Source of the DNA: Myxococcota bacterium
Lineage (GTDB): Bacteria; Myxococcota_A; UBA796; UBA2385
DNA: 64,000 nt
Direction: 5' to 3'
Assembly (NCBI GenBank): GCA_044344255.1
Contig: JBIJDH010000025.1
Span: 31,889-95,888 of the forward strand
A program made the position numbers and the translations under genes. Within the stretch, counting starts at the first letter, position 1. Each line of letters starts with the position of its first letter. Positions 27,343 to 36,440 of the stretch are shown here, piece after piece. The notes under the pieces are model-generated. The model had not been told where the DNA came from, ran no database searches, and saw nothing but the letters and a program-made list of their open reading frames with translations.

Positions 27343-28449
27343 TCAGCCACCCTCGGCGCGGCGGGCGAGGTCGGCCTCGACCATCGCGTCCCGGAAGAAG
27401 CGCCCGAACTCCAAGAGCAGCGTCAAGGTCTCGATCATCTCCAGCCCGAAGGTGCCGTCTCGGAGCACCTGGACCCTGCCCCCCTCGATGCGGGTCCCGG
27501 GCCAGCGCCGATACAAGGCCGTGAGCCGCTTCACCACCTCGGGCTCGGCGAAGAGCTGATTGACGAATTCTGCGTCCTTACAGTCCACGGCCAGGGAGTC
27601 GCCGATCTGGGCGTCGGTGGGGTTGGCGCCGGCGGCGCCCAGCACGTCGAGGCGCTGGAGGACCCGCAGCGAGGCCGCGGCGCGCACCGGCAGCGAGACT
27701 TGGACGCGGCTCTGGGCGCTCCGCCCCGCGCCGGGAGGGGACTCGATCACGAGCACCTTGAGGCCGTCCACGGCGCCCTGGATGCAGCGCGTGCCGGTCG
27801 CGGTGGCGCCGGAGTAGCCGAGGGCGAAGCGGCTGGCCGTGGCACGCCAGGGGCGATCCCCGCTCTCGCTGATCGCCGCGGCGAGCACCCCGCCGATCTC
27901 GAGGAGGTCGCCGAGCTCGGCGCCGACGATGCCGCGCCGCTCGAGCTCCACCGCCCGATCGGTCACGCGGAGGTAGTCCGAGCGCTGGAGGCCGAGGAGC
28001 AGGGCCGCGGAGACCGCCGGGTCGTTGACCACCTGGAGGGTGCGGGTCCGCTCCTGGCCGCGCACGCGGATGGCTCGATCGAGGGGCTCGGACCCGAGCG
28101 GGATCTCGTCGGGGAGCGCGCCCATGGCCGCGCCGCGCAGCAGCCGTCGGGGCAGGATCTCGAGGCCGGCCGGAGCCCCGCCGCTGAGCTCCATCCGCAG
28201 CACCGTCGACAGGCGCAGCGGGAGGCCCACCCGGCTGGTTCCTAAGGCGATGGAGACGGGCACGCCGTGGTACAGCCCGCGGAGGGTGGAGCGATAGGGG
28301 TCGGGATCTTCTTGGAAGGTGAGCTTGTAGCGGGCGGCGAGCTGACCCCATTGGGCGATGCGCGTGCGGGCCGCCCCTTGCACGAAGCGGTTGCCGACCC
28401 CGAGGAGGACGACCATCGACAGGAGCGCGAGGGCGAGGCCGGCCGTCAC
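27343..28449 (-). CDS. hypothetical N-terminally membrane-anchored protein with apparent two-fold internal repeat
   Basis: N-terminal TM LALALLSMVVLLGV. High GC3. The two halves look related by eye (…IPLGSEPLDRAIRVRG…VNDPAVSAALL…VELERRG versus …AQIGDSLAVDCKD…FAEPEVVKRLT…VQVLRDG). Confidence 0.6.
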   Translation of the reverse strand: MTAGLALALLSMVVLLGVGNRFVQGAARTRIAQWGQLAARYKLTFQEDPDPYRSTLRGLYHGVPVSIALGTSRVGLPLRLSTVLRMELSGGAPAGLEILPRRLLRGAAMGALPDEIPLGSEPLDRAIRVRGQERTRTLQVVNDPAVSAALLLGLQRSDYLRVTDRAVELERRGIVGAELGDLLEIGGVLAAAISESGDRPWRATASRFALGYSGATATGTRCIQGAVDGLKVLVIESPPGAGRSAQSRVQVSLPVRAAASLRVLQRLDVLGAAGANPTDAQIGDSLAVDCKDAEFVNQLFAEPEVVKRLTALYRRWPGTRIEGGRVQVLRDGTFGLEMIETLTLLLEFGRFFRDAMVEADLARRAEGG

Positions 28450-28470
28450 GGGGTGCCCGTGCTCGAAGAG

Positions 28471-29970
28471 TCAGTATTCATCGATATTTGCGTCCATCCA
28501 CTCAAGCCGCGCGCCCGCCCATTCGCGCACCCGGCTATCCTCTTCGGCGTAGCTCGCCACCGGGTAGAGGTACCCGCCGAATTGGATGGTGCCGATGGGC
28601 CAGAGGTCGAAGTTCTCGTCGATCGCGGCCTCGGTCATCGTGGCCTGGTAGCCGTCGATGCGGGCGTTGATCTCTGCCTCGTCGAAGGGGCCGCCGCGGA
28701 GCTCGGCCCAGCGCTCGGCGAGGCGGACGGTGAAGGCGGGGTCGGCGACCATCGTGGCGACCCACGCGGGCCGATAGGCGACCCAGGAGGCGGGGTTCTC
28801 GTTGTCGTTGTAGCTGGGCTGACCGAGAGAGAGATCGAGGTCCCACGGCGTGAAGTGGAGCTTCCCGTCCGCCGCCTTCCAGGCGTGGACCGAGAGGAAC
28901 CAGGCGTCGTTGTTCTTGGTGAGCTCCTCGATGAGGACCAGGTTGACGAGGCTGTCGAGGTCGACGTAGGTCCAGATGCCCGTCTCGGCGTTGTAGGGGT
29001 CCGCGCTCTCCAGGGCGCCGTAGAGGCCCGTGAAGAAATTCACCACCTCCGCCCGGGCCTCGGTGCTGAGCGACTCCTGGCTGGGGGAGACCACCCGCCA
29101 GCCGCCGGTGCCGAGGCGATTTGGATAGACAAAGTCGCTGTCGTGGAGCTTGACGACGAAGGCGCGGCCGCTGTCGCCGTCGAGGTCGATCGCGACGCGG
29201 TCGTCGTCGGCCTTGACCCGCTCGACGAGGGCGTAGAGGCCCAGGACCCCGCCGTCCAAGGTCAGGCGGCAGTAGACCGACTGGGGCGCATAGTCGTCGG
29301 GTGACATGAGCTGGAAGAGGTCGTAGCCGAGCTTGTTTCGGAACAGCGCGCGATCGAAGTACATCCCATTCAACACCCAGTCGCTCTCGGCGCCCATCCC
29401 GAAGAGGTTGTGCGCGGAGGGCGCCCCCACCTCGTCCCTCAGCTCGACCGAGTATTGGGGCTTGGGCGCGCCGAAGGAGGAGCGCCCCCGCATCTCCATC
29501 CCGGCGGTCCCGTCAAAGAGCACGGCGCCGCCATCGCTCTCGGCGGCGGTCACCCGGAGCGCGCAGTCGAGCTTGGGCTCGTCGGGGATGGACGAAGGGC
29601 AGGTGACCACCACCTCGCAGAGGGCGGGATCTCCGTCATTGAGGGGGTCCTCGGCCCCGCCGAGGGCCTCAACGGGCGCGTCTTCGGGGCCCCCGCCGTC
29701 GGTGCCGTCGGTGCCGTCGGTGCCGTCGGTGCCGTCGGTGCCGTCGGTGCCGTCGCTGCCCTCCGCGCCGCCGGAGTCTGCGGTGGGCACCCTACCCTGC
29801 GCACCGATCACGCCCTCCGAGCAGCCGAGGAGGAGGCCGAGCGCAGTGAAGAGGACCGTGAAGAGGACCGTGGGGAGGACCGTGGGGAGGACCGTGAGGC
29901 GGAGCGGGAAGCGCCGCGCGCCCGATAGGGGGGGGGTGCGGAGGTCCGGTGCGGCGCGGGGCGTGGGCAT
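28471..29970 (-). CDS. CotH kinase-family lipoprotein
   Basis: Lipobox LLLGC. FRNKLGYDLFQ, YCRLTLDGGVLGLYALVERV, ELTKNNDAWF and HFTPWDLDLSLGQ are CotH-family motifs. There is a (DGT)6 linker and a tandemly repeated signal-peptide core, TVLPTVLPTVLFTVLF. Confidence 0.85.
   Translation of the reverse strand: MPTPRAAPDLRTPPLSGARRFPLRLTVLPTVLPTVLFTVLFTALGLLLGCSEGVIGAQGRVPTADSGGAEGSDGTDGTDGTDGTDGTDGTDGGGPEDAPVEALGGAEDPLNDGDPALCEVVVTCPSSIPDEPKLDCALRVTAAESDGGAVLFDGTAGMEMRGRSSFGAPKPQYSVELRDEVGAPSAHNLFGMGAESDWVLNGMYFDRALFRNKLGYDLFQLMSPDDYAPQSVYCRLTLDGGVLGLYALVERVKADDDRVAIDLDGDSGRAFVVKLHDSDFVYPNRLGTGGWRVVSPSQESLSTEARAEVVNFFTGLYGALESADPYNAETGIWTYVDLDSLVNLVLIEELTKNNDAWFLSVHAWKAADGKLHFTPWDLDLSLGQPSYNDNENPASWVAYRPAWVATMVADPAFTVRLAERWAELRGGPFDEAEINARIDGYQATMTEAAIDENFDLWPIGTIQFGGYLYPVASYAEEDSRVREWAGARLEWMDANIDEY
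29695..29754. repeat. 9-bp tandem repeat (ggtgccgtc) x ~6.5 inside the CotH gene
   Basis: Six perfect copies at 29701-29754 plus a partial copy at 29695-29700. Encodes (DGT)6 on the minus strand. Confidence 0.9.
29846..29893. repeat. 12-bp tandem repeat x4 inside the CotH signal-peptide coding region
   Basis: gtgaagaggacc x2 then gtggggaggacc x2. Encodes TVLP/TVLF units of the hydrophobic core. Confidence 0.85.
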
Positions 29971-30013
29971 CGTCGGAGTCTACGCCCGGCCCCTGGGCCT
30001 CCGCTACCGGCGC

Positions 30014-30634
30014 TCAGGCTTTCTCGGCCAGGGCCCAGACCACGACGGGGTAGTTGGGCTCGTTCACGAGCGAGCCGCCGAAGCCTCGACGGGCCCATTG
30101 ATCGAGGTTGGCCCGGACACAGGCGCGGTTGCCCCAGGAGCCGGTCACGATGCGATCGATCGGGAAGCCGGCCTCGGCGAGGAAGTGGCGGAGCCCGATC
30201 TCGGTCCACCGGGAGCAGTCGGTGGGGTTGGCGTGGACCCGGATGAGGAAGGGGGTGGCGATGAGGAAGCGGCCGCCGGGGCGGAGGCCGTCGAGCACGG
30301 TCCGCGCGGCCCGGTAGGGCCAGAGAAGGTGCTCCCAGACTTGATCGGCGATGATGAGGTCGACCGGCGCGGGGATGGGGTCCCGGCAGACGTCGAAGTC
30401 CGGGTACTGCAGCGAGCGGTAGGAGCGGAAGCCCGTGTCCTTGTAGCGGCTGCCCGAGATCTCGAGGCAGTCCCGTCGGCTCGGATCGAGCCCGGCGATG
30501 AGCTTGTCCATCTCCTCGTACATGACGACCCGGGCCCACGGGCTGTCGTCGTAGCCGATGCCACCGAGGGCGCGGCGGAGCAGGGCCCGGCGAGCCGGGC
30601 TGAGGAGCGAGCGGGCGAGGCGACGGGCGGACAT
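30014..30634 (-). CDS. class I SAM-dependent methyltransferase
   Basis: CLEISGS is motif I. VDLIIADQVWEHL and LRPGGRFLIATPF are present. About 206 aa. Confidence 0.8.
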   Translation of the reverse strand: MSARRLARSLLSPARRALLRRALGGIGYDDSPWARVVMYEEMDKLIAGLDPSRRDCLEISGSRYKDTGFRSYRSLQYPDFDVCRDPIPAPVDLIIADQVWEHLLWPYRAARTVLDGLRPGGRFLIATPFLIRVHANPTDCSRWTEIGLRHFLAEAGFPIDRIVTGSWGNRACVRANLDQWARRGFGGSLVNEPNYPVVVWALAEKA

Positions 30635-30738
30635 CCCTCGCCCTTATTCTTCTGCGGCCCGCCCCGCCGCCGCGGAGTCGTGCTGACCACCCCCGGGCGG
30701 GCGCAGGTTGAGATAGACAGTCCGCCCTCGGAGCGCTC

Positions 30739-31236
30739 ATGCCCTTCTCCACCGCCGACATCCGCGTCCTACAGACCTCCCCGCTCCTCCAGGGCATGAC
30801 CCCCGAAGAGGTGAACCGCTTCTCCGACTACCTCACCGAGCAGACCTTCCAGAAGGGTCAGGTGATCATCTGGGAGAAGAGCGCCCATCGCACCATGCAC
30901 CTGCTCGTGGAGGGGCGCGCGGTGGTGACCAAGGTGGTCCGAGGAGAGGTGGAGAGCGTGCTCGCCACCCTCGAGCCGGGCGCCCACTTCGGCGAGCTTA
31001 CCCTGATCGACGGGAAGCCGGCGGCGGGCAACGTCACCGCAGAGCTCCGCTGCCGGGTCTACTCGATGGACCGCGATCAGCTCCGGCGGATGTTGTCCAA
31101 CGAGAGCCCCCTGTTCGGGAAGCTCTCCTGGGCCCTGCTGCGCGATCTCGCGGGGAAGCTTCGGGACACCAACCGAAAGGTCCAGGAGGCCGTGGCCTGG
31201 GGCCTCGACGCCGCCTCGCTCGATCCCGCCGAGTGA
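30739..31236 (+). CDS. cyclic-nucleotide-binding domain protein (stand-alone)
   Basis: The region from VIIWEKSAHRTMHLLVEGRAVV to HFGELTLIDGKPAAGNVTAE fits the cNMP-binding beta-barrel with the FGE...A phosphate-binding cassette. 165 aa, no effector domain. Confidence 0.85.
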   Translation: MPFSTADIRVLQTSPLLQGMTPEEVNRFSDYLTEQTFQKGQVIIWEKSAHRTMHLLVEGRAVVTKVVRGEVESVLATLEPGAHFGELTLIDGKPAAGNVTAELRCRVYSMDRDQLRRMLSNESPLFGKLSWALLRDLAGKLRDTNRKVQEAVAWGLDAASLDPAE

Positions 31237-31361
31237 GCGGTCGGTTACCCGCTCCAGGGCGCTGAAGCCCGAGCGGGCGGCGGGGGTCTCGGTTTGGGGT
31301 GTCCAATCGCCCCGGCTCCGGCTATCCGTGGTCGGGCAGCGGCGGTGGGGTTCAACTGGGT

Positions 31362-32192
31362 ATGCGGGCTTCGTGGCGGGGCGGGTCGTTCATGTCTTCG
31401 AGTCTCTCGTTCTCCTCCTTCCGGTGGGCCTCGTTCGCCGGCGGGGCGCTCTGCCTCTGGGCGAGCGCCTGCGGCGGCTCCGACGCGGAGCGGGCGGAGG
31501 CGCCGAGCCCCTCGACCCCCGAGCTCGAGGAGGTCGCGGCCGGCTCGGCCGGCGTCCCCCTCGAGGAGGTGCCCCCTGCGCGCGCCGGCCGTCGCAGCCG
31601 GCCCCCCGAGGCCGGCGTGGTCTCGGCCTACCCGGAGGAGGATCGGCCGATCAGCGCGGAGCTTCAGCGGGTGCGCTACCTCGTGGAGGAGGGGCAGTGT
31701 GACGAGGCTCGGGCGCGGCTCGAGCCCATCCTCGTCGGCCCCGAGGGACAGACCGCGGACCCTCTGTATTGGCGCGGCCGCTGCGCCGCCTCCGAGGAGC
31801 GGTGGGGCGACGCCGTCCGCGACCTCAAGGCGGCGACCGAGATCGATCCCGCCTTCGTGGGCGCGCTCCAGCACCTCTCCGACGCCTACGTCATGCAGCG
31901 GGACTGCCGCTCGGCCCTGCCCTACCTCGACCGCCTCGTCGAGCTGCGGCCCGAGGACGGCGTCGCCTACTACAATCGCGGGCATTGCCGGTACTACCTG
32001 AAGGACGCCGAGGGCTCGATCGCCGACGCCCACCGAGGCTGTGAGCTCGGCCACACCCCCTCCTGCAACCTGCTCCCCCGCCTCGAGCGCCGGTTGAGCT
32101 GGCAGAACGGCCTCCGCGAGCGCGGCGGGGAAGAGGAGCGCGCCCCCAATGAGGAGGTGCCGGCCGTTGAGCGGAGCAACGAGGGGGGTTAA
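31362..32192 (+). CDS. TPR-repeat lipoprotein
   Basis: Start at ATG 31362 in track ORF 31299..32192 (ATG 31392 also possible). Lipobox LWASAC. TPR-like helices (WGDAVRDLKAATEIDPAFVGALQHLSDAYVMQRDCRSALPYLDRLVELRPEDGVAYYNRGHCRY). Confidence 0.7.
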   Translation: MRASWRGGSFMSSSLSFSSFRWASFAGGALCLWASACGGSDAERAEAPSPSTPELEEVAAGSAGVPLEEVPPARAGRRSRPPEAGVVSAYPEEDRPISAELQRVRYLVEEGQCDEARARLEPILVGPEGQTADPLYWRGRCAASEERWGDAVRDLKAATEIDPAFVGALQHLSDAYVMQRDCRSALPYLDRLVELRPEDGVAYYNRGHCRYYLKDAEGSIADAHRGCELGHTPSCNLLPRLERRLSWQNGLRERGGEEERAPNEEVPAVERSNEGG

Positions 32193-32302
32193 GGCGGGCC
32201 GCCGCTGGGGCCCCTCTGCGGGACCCCTCCCTTCGTTATTTGCTCTTCGTTCTTCGTTATCTGTTTATGTCTCTCTCTTTACGCATTACTGTCCAAGTCG
32301 CC

Positions 32303-32307
32303 AGGAG
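32303..32307 (+). promoter_or_regulatory. Shine-Dalgarno of valS
   Basis: aggag lies 5 nt upstream of ATG 32313. Confidence 0.5.
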
Positions 32308-32312
32308 CCCCC

Positions 32313-34868
32313 ATGAGCGGGACCGCTGAATCCCCCCCTTCCCGCATCGCCGAGCTTCCCCCGCAGTATGACGTGGTGGAGGTCGAGAAGCGCTGGCAGA
32401 AGTTCTGGGAGGAAGAAGAGATCTACGCCTTCGATGCGGACGGCACGGGCCCGATCTTCAGCGTCGACACGCCGCCGCCCTACGTCAGCGCCGCCCACCT
32501 CCACGTCGGCCACGCGATGAGCTACTCGCAGGCCGAGTTCATCATCCGCTACCAGCGGATGCAGGGCAAGCGCATCTTTTACCCGATGGGCTTCGACGAC
32601 AACGGCCTCCCCACCGAGCGCTTCGTCGAGAAGACGTACAACATCAACAAGAAGCAGACCACCCGCGACGCCTTCCGCAAGCTCTGCCTCGAGGAGACCG
32701 CGAAGGGCGCCACCGTCTACGAGGAGCTCTGGCGCTCGCTCGGCCTCAGCGTCGACTGGCGGCAGCGCTACTCGACCATCGATGAGCACTGCCGCCGCAC
32801 CGCGCAGGCGAGCTTCATCGACCTCTTGAAGAAGGGTCGTGTCTATCGGTCCGAGGAGCCCGTCCTCTGGGACACCCACTTCGAGACCGCCCTCGCCCAG
32901 GCTGACCTCGACACCCTCGCCCGCAAGGGCAAGATCCACGACGTCCAGTTCAAGGCGGCCGACGGGCAGCCCCTCGTCATCTCGACCACCCGCCCCGAGC
33001 TCATCCCGGCCTGCGTGGGCCTCTACTGCCACCCCGACGACGCGCGCTACGCCGCCCTCCGCGGCGGCACGGCCATCGTGCCCCTCTACGGGCACGAGGT
33101 GCCCATCCTCACCGATGAGGACGTCGATCCCGCCTTCGGCACCGGCCTGATGATGGTCTGCACCTTCGGCGACGGCGAAGACGTCAAGCGCTGGAAGCGG
33201 GACGGCCTCGCGCTCCGCCTCGTGATCGGCCGCGACGGCCGGATGCTCGAGTCGGCCGGCAAGTACGTGGGCAAGACGGTGGACGAGGCCCGCAAGTGGA
33301 TCGTCAAGGACCTCACCCAGGACGGCGCCCTCCTCCAGAGCCGCGACATCGACCAGAACGTGAGCATCTCCGACCGCTCCGAGGTGCCGGTCGAGTTCAT
33401 GACCGCGCCCCACTGGTTCATCCGCGTCCTCGACATGAAGGACGAGCTCAAGGCCCGCTCGGCGCAGCTCGAGTGGCACCCCGAGTGGATGAAGGTGCGC
33501 CTCGACCACTGGATCGAGGGCCTCAAGTACGACTGGAACATCACCCGCCAGCGCTTCTACGGCGTGCCTTTCCCGGTCTGGTACTGCGAGGGCTGCGGTG
33601 AGGTCGTGCTGGCCGACGCCGCCTCGTTGCCGGTCGATCCCCTCGAAGACCCTTGCCCCGTCGCCGCCTGCCCCGCCTGCGGCGGCTCGGCCTTCAAGGG
33701 TGAGCCCGACGTGATGGACACCTGGATGACCTCCTCGCTCACGCCGCTCGTCAACGGCAACTGGGTGGGCAGCCCGGGGCGGCAGGGCTCGATGGAGCTC
33801 TACCCGATGTCGGTGCGCGTCCAGGCCTTCGAGATCATCCGCACCTGGCTCTTCTACACGGTGGTCAAGTCGCACATCCACATGGACGGCATCCCCTGGA
33901 AGACGGTGATGATCTCCGGCTGGGGCCTCAACGAGCAGGGCAAGAAGATCAGCAAGCGGGACCTCGAGAAGTCCACCGACGCCACCGGCTACAACCGCTA
34001 CGAACCCTCGCAGGTCATCGCCAAGTACGGCGCCGACAGCCTCCGGTACTGGGCGACGAGCGCGATGCTCGGCCAGGACCTTCGTTACAACGAGAACGAG
34101 GTCAAGCTCGGGCGCAAGCTGCTCGTCAAGCTGTGGAACGCGAGCCGCCTGCTCCTCATGTACCTCGACGTGGCCGACCTCTCCGACGACATGCCCCTCG
34201 CGGAGCGCTCGATCACCGACCGCTGGATCTGGCACCACCTCAACACCACCCTCGACACCGCCACCCGGTCGCTCGAGGCCTGTGAGTTCGCCACCGCCCG
34301 CGAGGCGACCGACCGCTTCTTCTGGCACCACTTCTGCGACAACTACCTCGAGATGGTGAAGGACCGCTTCTGGTCGCAGGACGTCTACACCGACGCCGAG
34401 CGGCGCAGCGCTCGAGTGACGCTGGCGCAGGTCTATCGGCGACTGCTCGGGATGTACGCCATCTTCATCCCGCACATCACCGAGGAGCTCTACCACCGCA
34501 CCTTCCAATCGGTGGAGGGGGCGAAGAGCCTGCACCGCACGGCCTGGCCCACGGTAGACGCCGCCGCCCTCAGCCCGGCCCCCGAGGGTGAGCTCGTGCT
34601 CGGCCTCCTCGCCGGTGTGCGCCAGCAGCGGAGCGCGCTGCGCATGCGCAACAGCCAGCGCATCCAGGTGCTCACGCTGGAGGTGAGCCCCGAGCGGGAG
34701 GCCGAGGTGCGGGCCGTGGAGCGCGACCTCCGGGCCGCCGTGCGCGCCTACCACATCGTCTACGGGCCGGCCGAGCACGAGAGCGGCGTCACCGGCGTGC
34801 GCCTCACGGTCGAGCCGGCGCCGATGGAGGAGCTGCTGGACGCTGGCGCCGCCCAGGCCGCGCCCTGA
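32313..34868 (+). CDS. valS: valine--tRNA ligase (short, archaeal/actinobacterial-like type)
   Basis: Class Ia aaRS. HIGH is AAHLHVGHA and KMSKS is KKISKRD. FYPMGFDDNGLPTERFVEK is present. Editing-domain markers are TTRPELIPACVGLYCHPDDARY and GTGLMMVCTFGD. Length is 851 aa. Val versus Ile/Leu was called from the TTRPE/VCTFGD context by memory. Confidence 0.85.
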   Translation: MSGTAESPPSRIAELPPQYDVVEVEKRWQKFWEEEEIYAFDADGTGPIFSVDTPPPYVSAAHLHVGHAMSYSQAEFIIRYQRMQGKRIFYPMGFDDNGLPTERFVEKTYNINKKQTTRDAFRKLCLEETAKGATVYEELWRSLGLSVDWRQRYSTIDEHCRRTAQASFIDLLKKGRVYRSEEPVLWDTHFETALAQADLDTLARKGKIHDVQFKAADGQPLVISTTRPELIPACVGLYCHPDDARYAALRGGTAIVPLYGHEVPILTDEDVDPAFGTGLMMVCTFGDGEDVKRWKRDGLALRLVIGRDGRMLESAGKYVGKTVDEARKWIVKDLTQDGALLQSRDIDQNVSISDRSEVPVEFMTAPHWFIRVLDMKDELKARSAQLEWHPEWMKVRLDHWIEGLKYDWNITRQRFYGVPFPVWYCEGCGEVVLADAASLPVDPLEDPCPVAACPACGGSAFKGEPDVMDTWMTSSLTPLVNGNWVGSPGRQGSMELYPMSVRVQAFEIIRTWLFYTVVKSHIHMDGIPWKTVMISGWGLNEQGKKISKRDLEKSTDATGYNRYEPSQVIAKYGADSLRYWATSAMLGQDLRYNENEVKLGRKLLVKLWNASRLLLMYLDVADLSDDMPLAERSITDRWIWHHLNTTLDTATRSLEACEFATAREATDRFFWHHFCDNYLEMVKDRFWSQDVYTDAERRSARVTLAQVYRRLLGMYAIFIPHITEELYHRTFQSVEGAKSLHRTAWPTVDAAALSPAPEGELVLGLLAGVRQQRSALRMRNSQRIQVLTLEVSPEREAEVRAVERDLRAAVRAYHIVYGPAEHESGVTGVRLTVEPAPMEELLDAGAAQAAP

Positions 34869-34886
34869 GTCCGTCCTCGCGCTGAG

Positions 34887-35921
34887 TCAGTCTTCGATGT
34901 AGGCGGGGTCCTCGATGGCCTCCGAGGTGCAGCCCTCGGCGGCGCCGAGGGGGTTGCAGCGCGAGGGCGTACCGCCGGGGATCTCGACGACGTAGCCGGT
35001 CCCCGGCTGGGGCTCCGGCCAGTCGGTGGTCACGAAGTTCGCCCCGCTGGCCAGCGCGAGGTCTCGGCCGGCCTCCCCCTCTCCGTCGGCCATCGTGCGC
35101 ACGAGGTGCCCGGCGGCGTGGGCGGCGGAGATGGCCTCGGCGCCGCCGACCGCGTCGTTGATCGAGTGCACCGCCGCGAAGGGGAGGCTGAGGTCGCCAA
35201 ACGCGTCCGGGAAGAGGGCCCGCCCGGCGCTGGTGCTCAGGCCGTCGGTGTAGACCTCGCGGTACTCCTCGTGGTCATGCAGTACGAAGAGGGCCTGCCC
35301 GCGCAGCTCCCCGAGGGTGGGCCAGCCGTAGGCGAGCAGCCCCTCGCGGACGCTGGTGGTGTCTCGCTGCAGGTCATCGGGGGTGAGCAGGCGGTCCTCG
35401 GGCCAGACGCTGCGGAGGTCTTCGTCCATCTGCGTGAGGAAGTCGGGCCCCCAGTCAGGGTTCCAGACGTCCTTCGGCTCCACGAGGGTCACGAGCAGGT
35501 GGTGGGCCGGGTTCGAGTCCGACCAGTCCTTCATCACCTGCAAGCAGTCGATGAAGCGGGCGCAGGTGGTGCCCTCGTCGAGGAGGGGCAGGTGATAGAC
35601 CGGGAGCGGGTCGCCGGGCACCGCAGGGGGGTGCAGGTCGAGCTCGAACTGGCGGACGCCCAGCAGGCCGAGCTGCTCGTCGAGGGGGCGGTGAGTGTAG
35701 TCCCAGTCCTCGAGGACGTTGTCGGGCATCTCGACGTGGTAGCTGTTGTGCGTGCCGAGGGCCTGGAGGTCTGTCGGGCGGAGCGTGTCGTCGAGCGGAT
35801 AGGAAAATGAGTCGCCTGCGTCCTTGGGCTTCCCGTCGCCCCCTCCCTCCGCGCAGGCCGCGAGGGAGAGCAGGAGAACGAGGCCCTGCCGAAGCGGAGG
35901 CGGGAGCCTCCGGGCGCTCAT
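34887..35921 (-). CDS. phosphatidylinositol-specific phospholipase C-like (PI-PLC X-domain) lipoprotein
   Basis: Start at ATG 35921 (MSARRLPPP) in track ORF 34887..36311. Lipobox LLSLAAC. LQALGTHNSYHVEM and VRQFELDLH are PI-PLC-type catalytic motifs. Its ATG overlaps the upstream stop (35918-35921). Confidence 0.75.
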   Translation of the reverse strand: MSARRLPPPLRQGLVLLLSLAACAEGGGDGKPKDAGDSFSYPLDDTLRPTDLQALGTHNSYHVEMPDNVLEDWDYTHRPLDEQLGLLGVRQFELDLHPPAVPGDPLPVYHLPLLDEGTTCARFIDCLQVMKDWSDSNPAHHLLVTLVEPKDVWNPDWGPDFLTQMDEDLRSVWPEDRLLTPDDLQRDTTSVREGLLAYGWPTLGELRGQALFVLHDHEEYREVYTDGLSTSAGRALFPDAFGDLSLPFAAVHSINDAVGGAEAISAAHAAGHLVRTMADGEGEAGRDLALASGANFVTTDWPEPQPGTGYVVEIPGGTPSRCNPLGAAEGCTSEAIEDPAYIED

Positions 35922-36430
35922 CGCGAGAGCTCCCAGGCCACCGTGTACCCGCCGCCGGCGGCCGTGTCGGTGCCGACGGTGCCCCACTCGGGCGGCGGCG
36001 CGGCGGACTCGGACCGCAGCGTGACGTGATTGACGGTCCAATCGACGATGTCGTAGGTGTAGGCCCCGAGCAGCACGGTGAACTCCTCGCCGTCGGTCGC
36101 GTAGGCCTCGATGAAGTCGCTCTGCGGCCCGCTGTCGGTGGGGACCTCCCAGGGGCCGGTGGGCGGCGTGGGCACGAGGGCGCCGCCTTCCCAGGCGCAG
36201 CGCAGCATCACGTAGGCCTTGCTGTCCTTGTGAAACTCGATGGTGCCGACGTCGTCGATGAGGTCGGCCTCGCCGCCGGCGGGCCCCACCTCGAGTGAGA
36301 GGATGTCCCAATAGCCGAGGAGGACAGGGTCGCGCTTGCAGCCGATCAGCAGGGGCAGCGCGAGGAGCGCGGCGAGCGGGCGTGTTGCGGGACTCAGCAT
36401 GTCAGGACACAGCATGTCAGGAAACAGCAT
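35918..36430 (-). CDS. hypothetical lipoprotein
   Basis: Lipobox LPLLIGC. There are three alternative in-frame ATGs (36430, 36415, 36400) created by a 15-bp triplication. Translationally coupled on both sides. Confidence 0.6.
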   Translation of the reverse strand: MLFPDMLCPDMLSPATRPLAALLALPLLIGCKRDPVLLGYWDILSLEVGPAGGEADLIDDVGTIEFHKDSKAYVMLRCAWEGGALVPTPPTGPWEVPTDSGPQSDFIEAYATDGEEFTVLLGAYTYDIVDWTVNHVTLRSESAAPPPEWGTVGTDTAAGGGYTVAWELSR

Positions 36431-36440
36431 GTCAGGACTC
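36396..36440. repeat. 15-bp tandem repeat x3 spanning a stop/start junction
   Basis: Plus strand: agcatgtcaggaCAc / agcatgtcaggaAAc / agcatgtcaggaCTc at 36396-36410, 36411-36425 and 36426-36440. On the minus strand each unit reads CCTGACATGCT (TGA then ATG). Confidence 0.9.

Noticed and set aside
29695-29754. Tandem repeats here, and at 29846-29893, 36396-36440, 50658-50712 and 63501-63596, considered as a possible CRISPR array.
   Set aside because: Units are 9-27 bp and directly abutting with no unique spacers. Most are in-frame inside coding sequence. No cas genes are present in the window.
32193-32312. Possible T-box or other riboswitch in front of valS.
   Set aside because: There are only about 120 nt between the upstream stop and the valS ATG, which is too short for a T-box. 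I saw no specifier-loop or T-box consensus and no terminator/antiterminator pair. I kept it only as a low-interest leader observation.
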